Assembly (NCBI RefSeq): GCF_032191835.1
Contig: NW_026800120.1
Location: 1-64,000 of the forward strand
Direction of reading: 5' to 3'
Length of the DNA: 64,000 nt
Source: Heteronotia binoei
Taxonomy: Eukaryota
Shown: positions 46,950 through 59,600 of the stretch, piece by piece
How the letters are laid out: every line of letters starts with the position of its first letter
How positions within the stretch are numbered: the first letter of the stretch is position 1
Program-made: the position numbers and the translations under genes
Notes under the pieces: model-generated
Told to the model about the DNA's origin: nothing
The model's input: the letters and a program-made list of their open reading frames with translations, nothing else
Databases searched by the model: none

Positions 46950-49500
46950 GCCCCTCTGTGGGCTGGAGAGACTCCTGTGGTGGATGCATCTGCACCTTTG
47001 ACGCCAGGCCCAGTTGGAAGTGCAGGTGTTGACTCCGAACGAAGGTCAGGGGCTGGGGTCGTGGCAGGACGGCCCCTCTCCCACTTGACCCTGTCTGGGC
47101 ACCGAGGTTGTCGTTCATTGGAGGCTGTCCTTGGTGTCCATCTGTCCTCCAGATGAAGCAGGGATCTGGGAGCCTTTTCTGTTTCCACAGCAGCTGAGGA
47201 CGGAGCTCTTGGAACTGGCAGTCAGCCGAGCGCAGGAGCTTCCTTATCAAAGTGTGCTTCGCTCAGTCCTCGTTCTAGAGCAGAATGCGGAAGGGGCCTC
47301 TGCAAGCCCCTTTCTCAGAACAGCCCCAAGACCATGTGGGGAAGCAAGCGGCACGTGTGTTCACTGCAATGGACCAAAGCGCCAGCTCTTCGCACCCCCC
47401 AAAGCCCTGCCTCCAGAAGGCAATTTGGGGGTTCTGCTTCTGTTGCCTTGAGCCGCAGGAAGGGATGATAAGAACTGGAAAGCCCCCCCAAATGCTCAGT
47501 CTGTGGCACTGGGACACCGCAGTTGGCTTGAACCTTGCCTCAGCAGGCTGAATGGCGTCTGCATCAATAAGGCAGCCCAGGAATTCAGTCTGAGGCACAC
47601 CAGATGCACACTTCCCACGCTTAACACGCGGAGCAGCATCCACACAACAATGCCACATCTCACGAACCGTGTTGCAATTTCTCAGTGGATACACCTGCAA
47701 TAAGGGCATCATAAGAATATGTGACCAGGCCAGGAATTCCCTCCAGAATGTTCTCCAAAAAGTACCAGGAGCCACAGAGGCCTCACGCTGGAGGCTCTTG
47801 ACTTTGGAAGCTCCATGATGGGTTGGTTTGGGCATCAGCCGGGTGGCATCATCCCCTGACAACCGCTGAGAGGCCAGTGGAGCAGAACCGCCCCCTCAGG
47901 GAAGCCAGGAGGTGACTCACTCCCAGGAGGGGCTGTGGATGGGAGGGGCCCCTGCCTCCTCCCGTGCCTCCCTTCAGCATGCATCTTTGCTCTAAGCGCC
48001 CAGGGAGGGGACAGAGCACTGAGGCTTCCTCCCAGTGTGCACCACAGGAGGATCCAGGGCCAATGAAGCCAGGGAGGGATGGGGGGGGGCTTCTACTGCC
48101 TGTGTCCCTCAGGGGAAACAGCCTCAGAAATCACATTATTAAAGGGTGAATCAGTAAGTGGATGTATGCCTGGAATTGTAATCCCCAGAGGCTCAAACCA
48201 GTCCAAGCCGAGGAGACTGGTTCAGTGATCATAAACAACCAGTGGCCGTAAAGTCCCACTAAACCTACCGTGCTGCACCTTGACTTCCCAGATGCCTTGT
48301 ACCTTCACCTTATTTCCCTGCTAATCACTCGGCTGGAAAGGAATGATCTCTTGGCAAGAAAAAATAGCGAGCCCTGGCTCAGAGTCCGCTTCCAGAACAG
48401 CACATGAAGCACCGCCCAGGTTCGTGACAGCGGCTGTCAGTCTTTCCTGTACACAAGGCTGAATACGGTTAACAGTATTCTCTGCTTCATCATGTGGCAC
48501 TTCGGCAGCATGTGTGGTAGATGGGATGATGCTGAGGCTTCCCTTCTGCTGCTTTCCGGGGGGGGGGGGAGGCTTGTTTCTCTGCGGCTGGCACACTCCT
48601 CGCCAGCCACCCTTCTGCTGTTTTCCGGGGGGTGGGGGCAGGGAGGCTTGTTTCTCTGCGGCTGGCACACTCCTCGCCAGCCACTCTTGGCCTGGGCTTC
48701 CTGCTGCTGCTGCTGCTGCTTCACAGGCCAGCCCTTCTTCCTCTGGTGCATTCTGAGGATTCTGTGCCTCATGCAGACCACAGGCCAAAGAGCCTCCTGA
48801 AACATCTCTAGACTGGGGAAACGGCAGTGCTGCAGGTAGAAACACTTCCTGCTGGACTCTGGCTTCCCTCACAGCAAGCACTGCGTTGTGCTGTCTCCGG
48901 AGACTGCAGTGCAAAAAGTCCTCCCAAGAGGGTCAGAATGCCCCATCCCCCCCCCCCCCCAGAGTCTGGGCGGAGTCCAGCAGACCTGCTCCCTGGACAG
49001 ACCAGTTCCCTTCCTGGCTCCGTGAGGCTGTCAGCTGCTCGGCCCACTTGCTGGGGCACACGGACTCAGTTCTTCGTGGCAGTCAGCCCAAGGGAAGTGC
49101 GGCTGGCAAGGAGTCCTCCTTGTGCTAAATCCATTGGGCCGGAAATCCTGCTCTGCAGGTGGTGGGTCTTCACAGCCTGTGGTGGGGACCATCTGCGAGG
49201 TGCAGCAGTTGTGGAGAACACCATGGAAAGCAGTCCTGCCAGAACCAGATGGTCTTCTGAAGTCATTTCCACGCCTCAGCCCAACCCTGCACTTTAGACC
49301 ACAAGCAAAGCCCCCTTTCTGCACGCCTCAGGCTTCCTCACCCGTTGTTGCCAGCGTTAAGTTCTCTGAAAGGAGACCGCACCAAGGAGATAAAACCGAC
49401 ACCTTTGCTGAAGTTCCATAAGAAATGTGTAACCGGCCAGATTAAAGGGCTGAGCTCCACCACCACCACCACGTGTGGCAAGCTGGAGAAGCCAATGGAC
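46950..49500 (-). mobile_element. Highly decayed Ty3/Gypsy-like gag-pol remnant
   Basis: Frameshifted motifs in gag-PR-RT-RH order on the minus strand: QRCRFY (gag-like, ~49380), LEADSEPGLAI (protease DSG-like, ~48380), KRGKCASGVPQTEFLGCLIDADAIQP (RT end, ~47590), ASPHGLGAVL (RNase H, ~47330). Confidence 0.55.
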
Positions 49501-50727
49501 GACATTCCCCAGCCCTCCTGAAGCCCTCCATCTTCCCACCTCTAGTAGGGAAAATAGAGACCTGATGCTTCACAAGGGAACATATCTGTGCATCCCCTTG
49601 GCTCAGGCTAAGAAGGGCGGGTTGTACAGTGGTGGGGGGTACGCTGGGCAGTTTTGCTTGAAACTCCAAGTATCCCTCCACTGACCCCCAAGCAGACGTC
49701 TCTCTTCCCTCCCCCTCCCCCCCAGGTCTTAGAAGACAGGGAGGCAGGTGCTCCGTCCCCCGGTGGGTGTAGAAAGGAGAGGTCCCTGCTGCTTCTCTTT
49801 GAGCCCCTACTGGGGGCGGGAACTCTCTGGTGTGCCTCTGGCTGAAGAGAGCTGATTGCATCAGTTCTGTCATCCGGAAGTGCAGAGATGGAGCGGCCAC
49901 TTCCGCCACCCTCCTCCTCCCTGTCCCCTGTGACAGGCAAGTCTAGAGGAAATCCCAGGAAGGAGTGAAGAATCCCTGGCGGTTTGTTCATATCACTGCA
50001 GTCTGCAGCAGAAAAGCGAGATGGGAGGCCAGGAGGAGCTGAAAGACCATCACGGTTTCCAGGGTGGGAGCTTTTGAATCCTGTTCTGAGAAGACAGAGG
50101 GAGCCCCTGGAACAGAGAGGAATAATGCTGGGAAAAGAGGAAGACCCCCCCCCCATGAGATGGAGCGACTCCTCCCAGGAAGCCCCCCAGCCAGAGCTGA
50201 GCCAGGCTGCCCGGGAGAGGATGTTGGGGAGGGGAGGGATTCGCTGAAAGCAACTGGAAAGCACTGCACCCCCCCCCCACTCCCCTTTCGTGAGGTTCCG
50301 GAGGGAGGGAGGAGGCTGCCAAGGAGCCTGAGGGGAGTGTGGGGAGCTCTGCCTCTTGGAAGCTCATTAGCTCCTCTCCTCCCTCCTCTGTGGCGCTGCT
50401 GGGCTGGATTCAGCTGCTGGGAGTGACAGCAGGAACCTTCGGGTGACTTTCCTCGGGTTTCGGGGGGTGGGGGGATCCTTTGGCCGCACAGAGGAGCTCT
50501 CTCCCCTTTGGGGATGTCTTCTGCGGGTGCTTTGAGGGCCCAGGGGAGGTGCCTGTTGCCGGGTGGTGTGCCTCTCGTTGCTTTTTTGTCGTCTTGCTGC
50601 AACAGCTTGTTTCTTTCCCTCGGCACCTGCTCTGTGTGTGTGTGTGCTCCAGTCAGGCACAGCTGCTCTTCTAGAGCATCTAGCTCTGGTCGGAGTGTGG
50701 GAGGAGGCTTGCCTGTGCCTTGCCACC

Positions 50728-50975
50728 AGGGGAAGGAAGGGTCCCCTGCAAAGCACCAGTCGTTTCCAACTCTGGGGTGACGCTGCTTTCACGTTTTCAT
50801 GGCAGAATTTTGACAGGGTGGTTTGCCACTGCCTTCCCCAGTCATCTACACTTTCCCCCCAGCAAGCTGGGTACTCATTTGACCGACCGGTGGAAGGCTG
50901 AGTCAACCATGGGCCGGTTACCTGAACTGGCTTCCGCTGGGATTGAACTCAGGTCATGAGCAAAGAGTTCAGATC
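50728..50975 (-). mobile_element. Sauria SINE (Squam1) fragment
   Basis: ggtcccctgcaaagcaccagtcgtttccaactctggggtgacg and cagcaagctgggtactcatt match the reverse of the recalled Sauria SINE 3' region. Confidence 0.75.
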
Positions 50976-52475
50976 ACAGTCCTGCTGCTTTCCCACTCTG
51001 CGTCACGGGGCCACCAGGAGCAGTTTGCAAATGCTGCAGTCCTGGGTGCGAGTGAGGCAATAGCTACAGCCCTGCCGGCCTGCAATAGGCTTGCTTCCTG
51101 TCGTGCGAAAGCCACAGGAAGGATTGAGTGGCTTGGATCTCGCCCAAGCTGCTGCTGGGTGCTGGGTGCTGGCCTGCTAGAAGCCAGGGAAAGGCAGCGA
51201 GTCTCCGCTTTGAATGCAGGCTGGGGGTTCTGACTCTGAAAGGGGCTGGCTCTTTGGGAGCTCAGAAGCTGTTGCAAAAAGAGTTGCTGAGCAGGTAGGT
51301 CTCTTGGCAGCCTCCTTCAGTGTCCTGTTTGCCTTTCTGCCCCAGGACAGGGCGTGGGCCTGACGGCAAAGGACTGGGAAGCATGGGAGGGAAGGAAGGA
51401 AGGAGTTTAGGGGGGGCCTGCCATGAGCCAGGGGTGCTGGAGGAAAGCCCATGCATGCTGCTGGAGAGTGACTTCTTGTGGGGCAAATCTGTGACTACCT
51501 GTGTGCATGTTGTGTATTCCAGGGGATTTGGGTGGAGTTTGCCTGCCCTGTTCTTAGTCCCAGCACACACACACACACACACGGAGCAAGTCCAAATCCA
51601 TCACCTCAGAAAATGGCACCAGCCACAAAACAGTGTCTCAGAAGCTGGCTGGCTGGACGGGGAGAGAGAGGGGCTGCGGTGGTTAGGAAAAGCCCCTGCC
51701 TTTCATGCACAGCTTGAAGCCACGCTGCCCGGCAGACCAGGGACAGGCTACACTTTGAATAACTGAACCTTTTCATACCTGTCAATTAAGATTTTTTTTA
51801 AAATATAGTTTTTGGAAAGAGAATTATTTGCAGAAGAACTTACAAATATGACACCCAGAACAACTGAAAAGATGTCTTTGGCAGATACTCAACAGCAGGG
51901 GCGCAGACTTTGCAATTTCCGGGGGGGGGGGGGGCTGGGGCCCAGCCAGAGGCATTTGATCCAGTGACATCATAGGGAGGAGCCAGTGACATCACAGGTA
52001 GGGGCCTCCATTATCACTACCTATGGAGAAGCTCCCTCCCCATATATTTAGGAAGCACCCCCCCCAACAATGCCCATGGACTGGGCCAATGCAGGAAAAG
52101 GTGGGAGTTTGCCAGTGGTTATAGTGGTCTATAACCTATAGTGGTCTCAGAGGTCTCTTGCTGTGTCCTGCTTTTGAAACTAACTTTTAGAATAGTCACT
52201 TTAAGATCTGCAAATATATATATCAAGTGCAAAGGAGAAACCGATGGTCACAAATTTGACAGTAAAAGACAATACAGAAAAGCCTTAGGGGAACATTGTA
52301 TAAGTTTCCCTGGACTTTCACTTACAGGTGTTTTGTTTCTGCCTTATTAATAAAGTACGAATGTACTGAAATTGGCAAAATTTTGGCGTCACAGATACCT
52401 TTCTTTGATAAGGTATCTTATCTCTGTCCCAGGGCAGAATACAAAACAGTTTCTGGGTGCTCAATTTCTGAGCAA

Positions 52476-52593
52476 TGTACAAAGTTCAGAGTTAGTTAAT
52501 ACTATAGCAATATGTCTGCAACATAGCAATACAGTGTTATTGTATTAACTAACTCTGAACTTTGTACAATATGTCTGCAACATAGCAATACAG
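52476..52593. repeat. Interleaved perfect 27-bp inverted repeat and 27-bp direct repeat
   Basis: IR 52476-52502 / 52542-52568; DR 52508-52534 / 52567-52593. Confidence 0.9.
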
Positions 52594-53099
52594 AGGACTT
52601 CAAGTTAGGGCTTCAGAGTGGGATCTGCCAGACCCAGGTTCTTGTTGTGGAAGCTGACTGGGTGATTTTGGACCAGGCATAGACTTCCAGCCTAACCTGC
52701 CTCTCAGGGTTGTTGTTCAGATCGCATGGGGGGAGAGGAGAATGATGCAAACTGCTTCAGGGAGGGGGAAGGCAATGAAAAGCTGAAGTCAGAGGGGCAG
52801 ATAAAGGAAAGGAGATAGGATTGCCAACTCCAGGTTAGGGGTGGGGTTTGAGGAGGTGTAGGACCTCAGACAGGTACAATGCCATTTCCCTCCAGGGAGG
52901 CACCGGAGATCACTCAGATTTACACCTGTTCTCTAGATGGCAGACATTAGCTCCCCTTGAGGTGGGGGGGGGGGGGTCAATGCCTTCACTTGGGTGGGTG
53001 GGAAGACAGCAAGGGTGGCAGGCACTCGCCCAGAGCCTCCTCCTACAGCCCGTTGTATGTTTCTCCACAACAGGCCTTACTCCTAGTACAGATAATAAG

Positions 53100-54531
53100 G
53101 CAGACAACAAATGTGAGAACTGAGCTGGAGCCCAGTAGCAACTATTCAAAGTCCTAAAAGACGATGCTGTTAAAGTGATGCACACATTAAGTCAACAAAT
53201 TTGGAAAACACAACAGTGGCCACAAGATTGGAAAAGATCAGTTTATATTCCAATCCCAAAGAAGGGTAATGCCAAGGAATGTTCAAACTATCGCATCATT
53301 GCACTCATTCCACATGCCAGCAAGGTCATGTTAAAGATCCTACAAGCTAGTATGTAGATCGGGAACTACCAGAAGTTCAAGCTGGGTTTCAGAGAGGTAG
53401 AGGAACTAGAGATCAAATTGCCAACATTCGATGGATTATGGAGAAAGCACGGGAGTATCAGAAAAACGTCTATTTCTGTTTCATTGACTACGCTAAAGCC
53501 TTTGATTGTGTGGATCACAACAAACTGCGGCAAGCCCTTAATGAGATGGGAGTACCAGACCACCTCACATGTCTCCTGAGAAACCTGTATAAGGGTCAAG
53601 AAGCAACCGTCAGAACGGGATATGGAATAATGGTTTGATTTAGAATAGGAAAAGGAGTTCGACAAGGATGTATATTGTCACCCTGCTTATTTAATTTAGA
53701 TGCAGAGTATATCATGTGGAATGCTGGCCTGGATAAAGCAGAAGCTGGAATTAAGATTGCCGGGAAAAACATCAACAACCTCAGATATGCAGATGACACC
53801 ACTCTAATGGCAGAAAGTGAGGAGGACCTAAAGAACCTCTTGTTGAGGGTGAAAGAGGAGAGCACAAAAGTAGGCTTGAAACTCAACATAAGAAAGAACT
53901 AAGATCATGGCATCTCCATCACACCTTGGCAAATAGAAGGCGAAGACATGGAAGCAGTGACAGACTTCACGTTTCTGGGATCCAGGATCACTGCAGATGG
54001 TGACTGTAGCCATGAAATTAAGAGATGTTTGCTCCTTGGGAGGACAGTTATGGTGAACCTAGGCAGATAAAAAGTAGAGACATCACCCTGCCCACAAAAG
54101 TCCGTATAGTCAAAGCGATGGTATTTCCAGTAGTCATGTATGGCTGTGAGAGCTGGACCATAAAGAAGGCCGAATGCAGAAGAATAGATGCTTTTGAGCT
54201 GTGGTGCTGGAGAAGACTCTTGAGAGTCCCTTGGACTGCAAATCAGTCAATCCTAAGGGAAATCAACACAGACTGTTCCCTGGAAAGTCAGATGCTGAAG
54301 CTCAAATACTTTGGCCACTAAATGAGCACTCGCTGGAGAAGATCCTGATGCTGGGAAAGACAGAAGGCAAAAGAAGGGGACAGCAAAAGATGAGATGGCT
54401 GGACAGCGTTACTGATGTAACAAACACGAATTTGAGCATACTTCAGAGGATGGTGGAAGACAGGAGAGCCTGGCGTGACTTTGTCCATGGGGTCGCAAAG
54501 AGTCAGACTCGACTGTCCAACTAAACAACAA
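53100..54531 (+). mobile_element. RTE (BovB-like) LINE, 5'-truncated and frameshifted
   Basis: WPQDWKRSVYIPIPKKGNAKECSNYR, FIDYAKAFDCVDHNKL, NNLRYADDTTLMAE, FPVVMYGCESWTIKKAE, RRIDAFELWCWRR; (caa)n tail. Confidence 0.93.
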
Positions 54532-54714
54532 AAGCACCTTTAACACCAACGAAGTGGTGTCTATAGCCTCTTCACAGTGCCTTCTTACCTTTTGATATTG
54601 TTTCAAACACTAGAGTTTCTGGGGTTACACACAGTCACAAATATTTCTCTGACATGAGGCATGGATTTTTTTTGCTAGGGGGCTGGATGGGGTATAAATT
54701 GAGATGAGGAGGAG

Positions 54715-54850
54715 GAGGAAGAAGAAGACAGATTTATAACCCGCCCTTCTCTCTGAATCAGAGTCTCAGAGCGGCTTACAATCTCCTGCCCCCACAACAG
54801 ACACCCTGTGAGGTGAGTGGGGCTGAGAGAGCTCTCCCTGAAGCTGCCCT
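54715..54850 (-). mobile_element. Squam3-like SINE, 5'-truncated
   Basis: gaagaagaagacagatttataacccgccc tail and acaccctgtgagg body. Confidence 0.75.
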
Positions 54851-54889
54851 TTCAAGGACAACTCCTGTACTTATGCACCTTGACTCTCA

Positions 54890-55145
54890 ATTATGTTTCA
54901 GCTGTATCTGATGAAGTGTGCTTGTACACAAAAGCTTATACCTAAAATGAAACTTTGTTGGTCTTAAAGGTTCCACTGGTCAAACTTTATTGCTTCAGAA
55001 CACAGCTACCCACCTGGATCTAAATAAAACAGTGTGCCTGCACATAAAAGCTTATGCCTAGAATTAAACTTGGTTGATCTTAAAGATGCCACGGACTCCA
55101 ACTTTGTTCTGCTGCTTCTGACCGACATGGCCAGCCCACCTGATG
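54890..55145 (+). mobile_element. Penelope-like terminal repeats (two partial tandem copies)
   Basis: aaaagcttatacc...ttggtcttaaagg recurs twice; family name from recalled consensus. Confidence 0.45.
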
Positions 55146-55277
55146 TGTTCTGGATATCAAAACCTTAGTAATTAATTTAGAGAGTCCAAAGGTACAGCAA
55201 AAAAATTCAGAATTACCTTTCAAGCGTTCTCCTTCAACCCCCTAGGCCGGCCAGATAAGTTCTTCCTCCATGGAAGA

Positions 55278-55440
55278 AAAGGAAAGGTCCCCTGTGCAAA
55301 CACCAGTTGTTTCTGACTCTGGAGTGACATTGCTTTCACAACGTTTTCACGGCAGACTTTTTATGGGGTGGTTTGGCATTGTCTTCCCCAGTCCTCTAGA
55401 CATCCCCCCCCCCAGCAAGCTGGGGACTCATTTGACCGAT
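55278..55440 (-). mobile_element. Sauria SINE 3' fragment
   Basis: aaaggaaaggtcccctgtgcaaacaccag is the reverse of the (ACCTTT)n tail region. Confidence 0.75.
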
Positions 55441-55777
55441 AGCAAAAGACCTTTCCTTTCCCCAGACCCCACCCCTTATTTTTCCTGTCTCCAGAGATAG
55501 GGGGGGGAGGATGTTTATCTATATTTCTGCTCAGCTAGCTCGTTAGCATTTGTAAGGAGGTGTAGGAAATCACACCACACCACTGACTGTCTTGTTTTCA
55601 GCCTAGAGAAAAAAAATCAAAGGAATTTGTCAGTATTTGGTTGCTTGCTTGCTGAGCCTTGAAGTCCTGTACTGATTGCCAGCGGGGGCTGAGCCCTGAG
55701 TGGGAAACTCCAGGGGGGGGGGTGCTTGAACCCTCCAGCCCCCATGTAGTTTACGCCTATGCTCAATGGAAAGATCT

Positions 55778-56005
55778 TTAGAAGAAGATATTGGATTTAT
55801 ATCCCGCTCTCCACTCCGAATCTGAGTGGCTCACAATCTCCTTTATCTTCCTCCTGCACAACAGATACCCTGTGAGGTGGGTGGGGCTGAGAGAGCTCTC
55901 CCAGAAGCTGCTCTTTCAAGGATAACCTCTGCAAGAGCTATAGCTGACCCAAGGCCATGCTAGCAGGTGCAAGTGGGGGAGTGAGGAATCAAACCTGGTT
56001 CTCTC
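55778..56005 (-). mobile_element. Squam3-like SINE
   Basis: gaagaagatattggatttatatcccgc tail through ggaatcaaacc B-box complement. Confidence 0.8.
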
Positions 56006-56530
56006 GGTTGTTGGCCCTCCAGAGGAACAGCTTGGCCGCTATATGAGGCAGGAGTCTGGACGAGATGGACCCTCCCAGGTCTGATCCAGCAGAGCTCTTC
56101 TTGTGTCCTTATAAAGAACTTGGTCCCTCTGCCCTGTTGTTGGCCCTCCAGAGGAACTGGTTGGCCCCTGTGTGAGGCAGGAGGCTGGACAAGATGGACC
56201 CTCCCTGGTCTGACCCAGCAGGGCTCTTCTGATGTTCTTCTCAGGGGAAGGCCTCAGCCTCTCTGCTTTGTGGTTGGCCCTCCAGAGAACTGGTTGGCCA
56301 CTGTGTGAGACAGGAGGCTGGACTAGATAGACCCTCACTGGTCTGATCCAGCAGGGCTCTTCTGATGTTCTTCTCAGGGGAAGGCCTCAGCCTCTCTGCC
56401 CTGTTGTTGGCCCTCCAGAGCAACTGGTTGGTCAGTGTGTGAGACAGGAGGCTAGACTAGATGGACCCTCCCTGGTCTGATCCCACGGGGCTTTTCTTAT
56501 AAAGGGAAGGCCTGAGCCCCTCTGCCTTGT
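56006..56530 (+). repeat. Four tandem ~130-bp units from a second CR1-type 3' end
   Basis: gttggccctccagag at ~56010, 56139, 56273 and 56406; each unit has ctgatccagcagggctcttctgatgttctt. Confidence 0.85.
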
Positions 56531-56639
56531 TGTTTTCCTGCTTAGCCACTGTGCTGTAGCATGGGGTGTGGACTAAATCAGTTTCTCCCTCTTGTCTGCA
56601 GAGTCTTTGATGGGCTGAGCCTGGAAGCCAGGCGCTGTC

Positions 56640-59600
56640 ATGGGGCAGAGTGAATCAGAGCCACATGAGGAAGAGCCGGAGGTAGAGTTCTCTTGTACAC
56701 GAGACTGCAGGTCAACCCATCCTGTCCTGCCTTCTGGGCGGGCATCTGACCCTTCTGCTGCTCCTCCCTCATCCTCCTCCAGGCCAAGAGGGGAGGGCAG
56801 GGGAGCGGAGGGGAGGGTGGGCACCGTGGCTTCCCTCTGTCTGGACTCTTGAATGCTTGTCGTTGGGGTGGGTTCCCAGCCAAGTGCAGCGACTTGGTTT
56901 CTGGGTGGTGACGGTAGACTCCTCTCAAGCTTTCCTTGCAGTACGAAAGAGAGCCGGGTAGACTCTCTTGGCACAGGCATGGCGCCCCCTGTCTTGTGCA
57001 TTGTGCTACTGCATCATGAAACCCCCTAACCAGTGTTCCCCCTAAGCTGCATTAGCGTGAGCTAGCTCACAGATTTTTAGCCTCCAGCTTACACATTTTG
57101 TCTTAGCTCAGAGCACAGTAATGTATGCAGCAGCTCACAAAGTGGAATTCTTGCTCACAAGACTCTGCAGCTCAGACGGAACATTGCCCCAACCTGTCTC
57201 CCTCTCTATCCCTTGGCCGCACTTGCTTCGAAGGGCTCTGTCCCGCTGTGGTCCTTCAGGGCATGTTGCGTTTCTCCCCCTGCAGGAATCCCTGTCAGCT
57301 GTGCTGCCCAGCCTCCGGCTCTTTGTGGACGATCAGCTCCACACCAGCAGGGTGAGGAGAAGGGGGGGGCAAGGCTGGGCGAGGCTTCTCCCTCTTGCAG
57401 CGGGGGTGGGGGCAACCTCAGGGAAGAAAAACCACTGGGGAGCAGGACTGCCAGACAGCTCCAATATTCCAAATGTGCATGCAAGAATTCACATATGCAT
57501 CTGTTATATTATTCACAATGGCTCCCAGCAAGAGCCGGACACAACATATATCATTTAAAAAAGTATTTATTCTTTTTAGCAGGGAAATGGGGAAAACAGA
57601 ACAATAAAAGGTCATAGTGAATCAACATGTAACCTGTCCCCAAAATACACCAGAAACACGAAGGAGGAAACTATAAAGATCATATGTCCAAGTCTCTGTG
57701 TTCTAGATAATGTCCCATCTTCTTGTCCCCTGGAACTGTGGTTTTGTTTAATCCAGTCATAAAAAGGAGTCCACATCTCAAAGTAATCACTATCAGAGCA
57801 TCCTTTAAGTAAAAAAAGTCAAGTCTGTTTCTGCACATTCCAAGACTTACTTTAATAAATCTTATTGTTCTGGAATTTCTTGCTTCTTCCATACCTGGGC
57901 TAGAAGAATTCTGCCAGCAGTAACTGTATGTATTATAAGAGGTCTTTGATTAATATTATATTGATCTGGTATACAGTTCAAAAGAAACAATTCAGGTTTA
58001 AGAGGTAATGTTACACCTAAAATCTTTTGCAAGAGTAAATGTACCTTAATCCAGAATTTTGGAACACATTTACAAAGCCACCACATATGGTAAAAGGTAC
58101 CCTCATGTTTAATACTTTTCCAGCATTTGTTTGACATGTTCTGATACATTTTAGATAAACATGCTGATGTTAAGTGCCATCTATAAAACATTTTATACAA
58201 ATTCTCTATAAAAGGAATAGATTTGGTCATCTTACTGTTTGTCTTCCAAAGTTTTTCCCATTGTGTCCATTCAATGTTATGCCCCAGGTTTTGAGCCCAT
58301 CTAATCATACAATCTTTAGCAATCTCAGTTTAGCAATCTCCTTTTTCATCTGCAATAAATAATTATACATTTCTTTGTAAGTATATCATCAGATGTACAT
58401 AGTAATTTTTCAAGTGAACATTGTTTGTTATAAAAGCCCATGGAAGTTTTGTCTTTTCTGTATCCAGATTCTATCTGTGTTCTTGACCACCAGTCCATAC
58501 TAAAACCCTGGGCAGCCAGCTAATTTTTTGTTCTGAGTTCTCCCTGTTCTCCAAGTAGGTCTTGGTATCTTAACATTTTGTTGGAACTAAGCAAGTTATT
58601 AGGTTGAGTAAAGGCCTCCTGAAGTGAGTCCCATCTAGGAATTTCACTATATGCTTTGGGAGAGAGTTTTTTCCCAGGTAGTATTTTAATTTAATGTAAT
58701 TTTTGGATTTATATCCCGCCCTATCCACAATATTTTCTCATGAGATGGTTTTAAAAATATTTATGATCTTTAGCTTTCCCATACCACATAAAAGCATGCT
58801 ATCCCATTTTTAATCATCTCCTTCTAGTGCTAAAAGTCTCTTATCTTCCAATTTAATCCATTCTTTTATCCAAACCAAACCACAAGCTTTGTAGTATAGA
58901 ATCCAGTCTGGTAGGGCAAAACCAGTCTTCTCCTTAAAGTCTTGTAAAGCTTTTAATTTAATCCTGGGTTGCTTGCCTTGCCAAACAAATTTAGAGATAT
59001 TGTTACTCAAGTCTTTAAAGAAGCTGGCACTTAGAAGAAGACGATGACCACAGAATTATACCCTGCCCTTCTCTCTGAATCAGAGTCTCAGAGCAGCTCA
59101 CAATCTCCTTTATCTTCCTCCCCCACAACAGACACCCTGTGAGGTAGGTGGGGTTGAGAGAGCTCTCATAGAAGCTGCCCTCTCAAGGACAACTCTGTGA
59201 GAGCGATGGCTGACCCAAGGCCATTCCAGCAGTTGCAAGCGGAGGAGTGAGGAATCAAACCCCGTTCTCCCAGATAAGAGTCTGCACACTTAACAACTGG
59301 CACTTAGGGATGTTTTGGAAGAGAAAGAGTAGGTGTGGTAGAATATTCATCTTAATGGCTGATGTTCTACCAATGAGGGATAGCTGTAGGTCCTTCCATT
59401 TCTCCAGACTACTTTTAAACCCATGGTATAATTTTATATAAAATTGCACAACATATATCAAAGACCAGGTGCCCTTGGAGAAAATTCATAAGCTGCACAG
59501 TTCTCAATCAGGAGTTCACCAAACCGTTTTCCAAATAACTGAAGGCACCAAACAGTGCAAAAGTCCTTATAATCAGGCTGCAGGTCTTCTGGCTGCCAAG

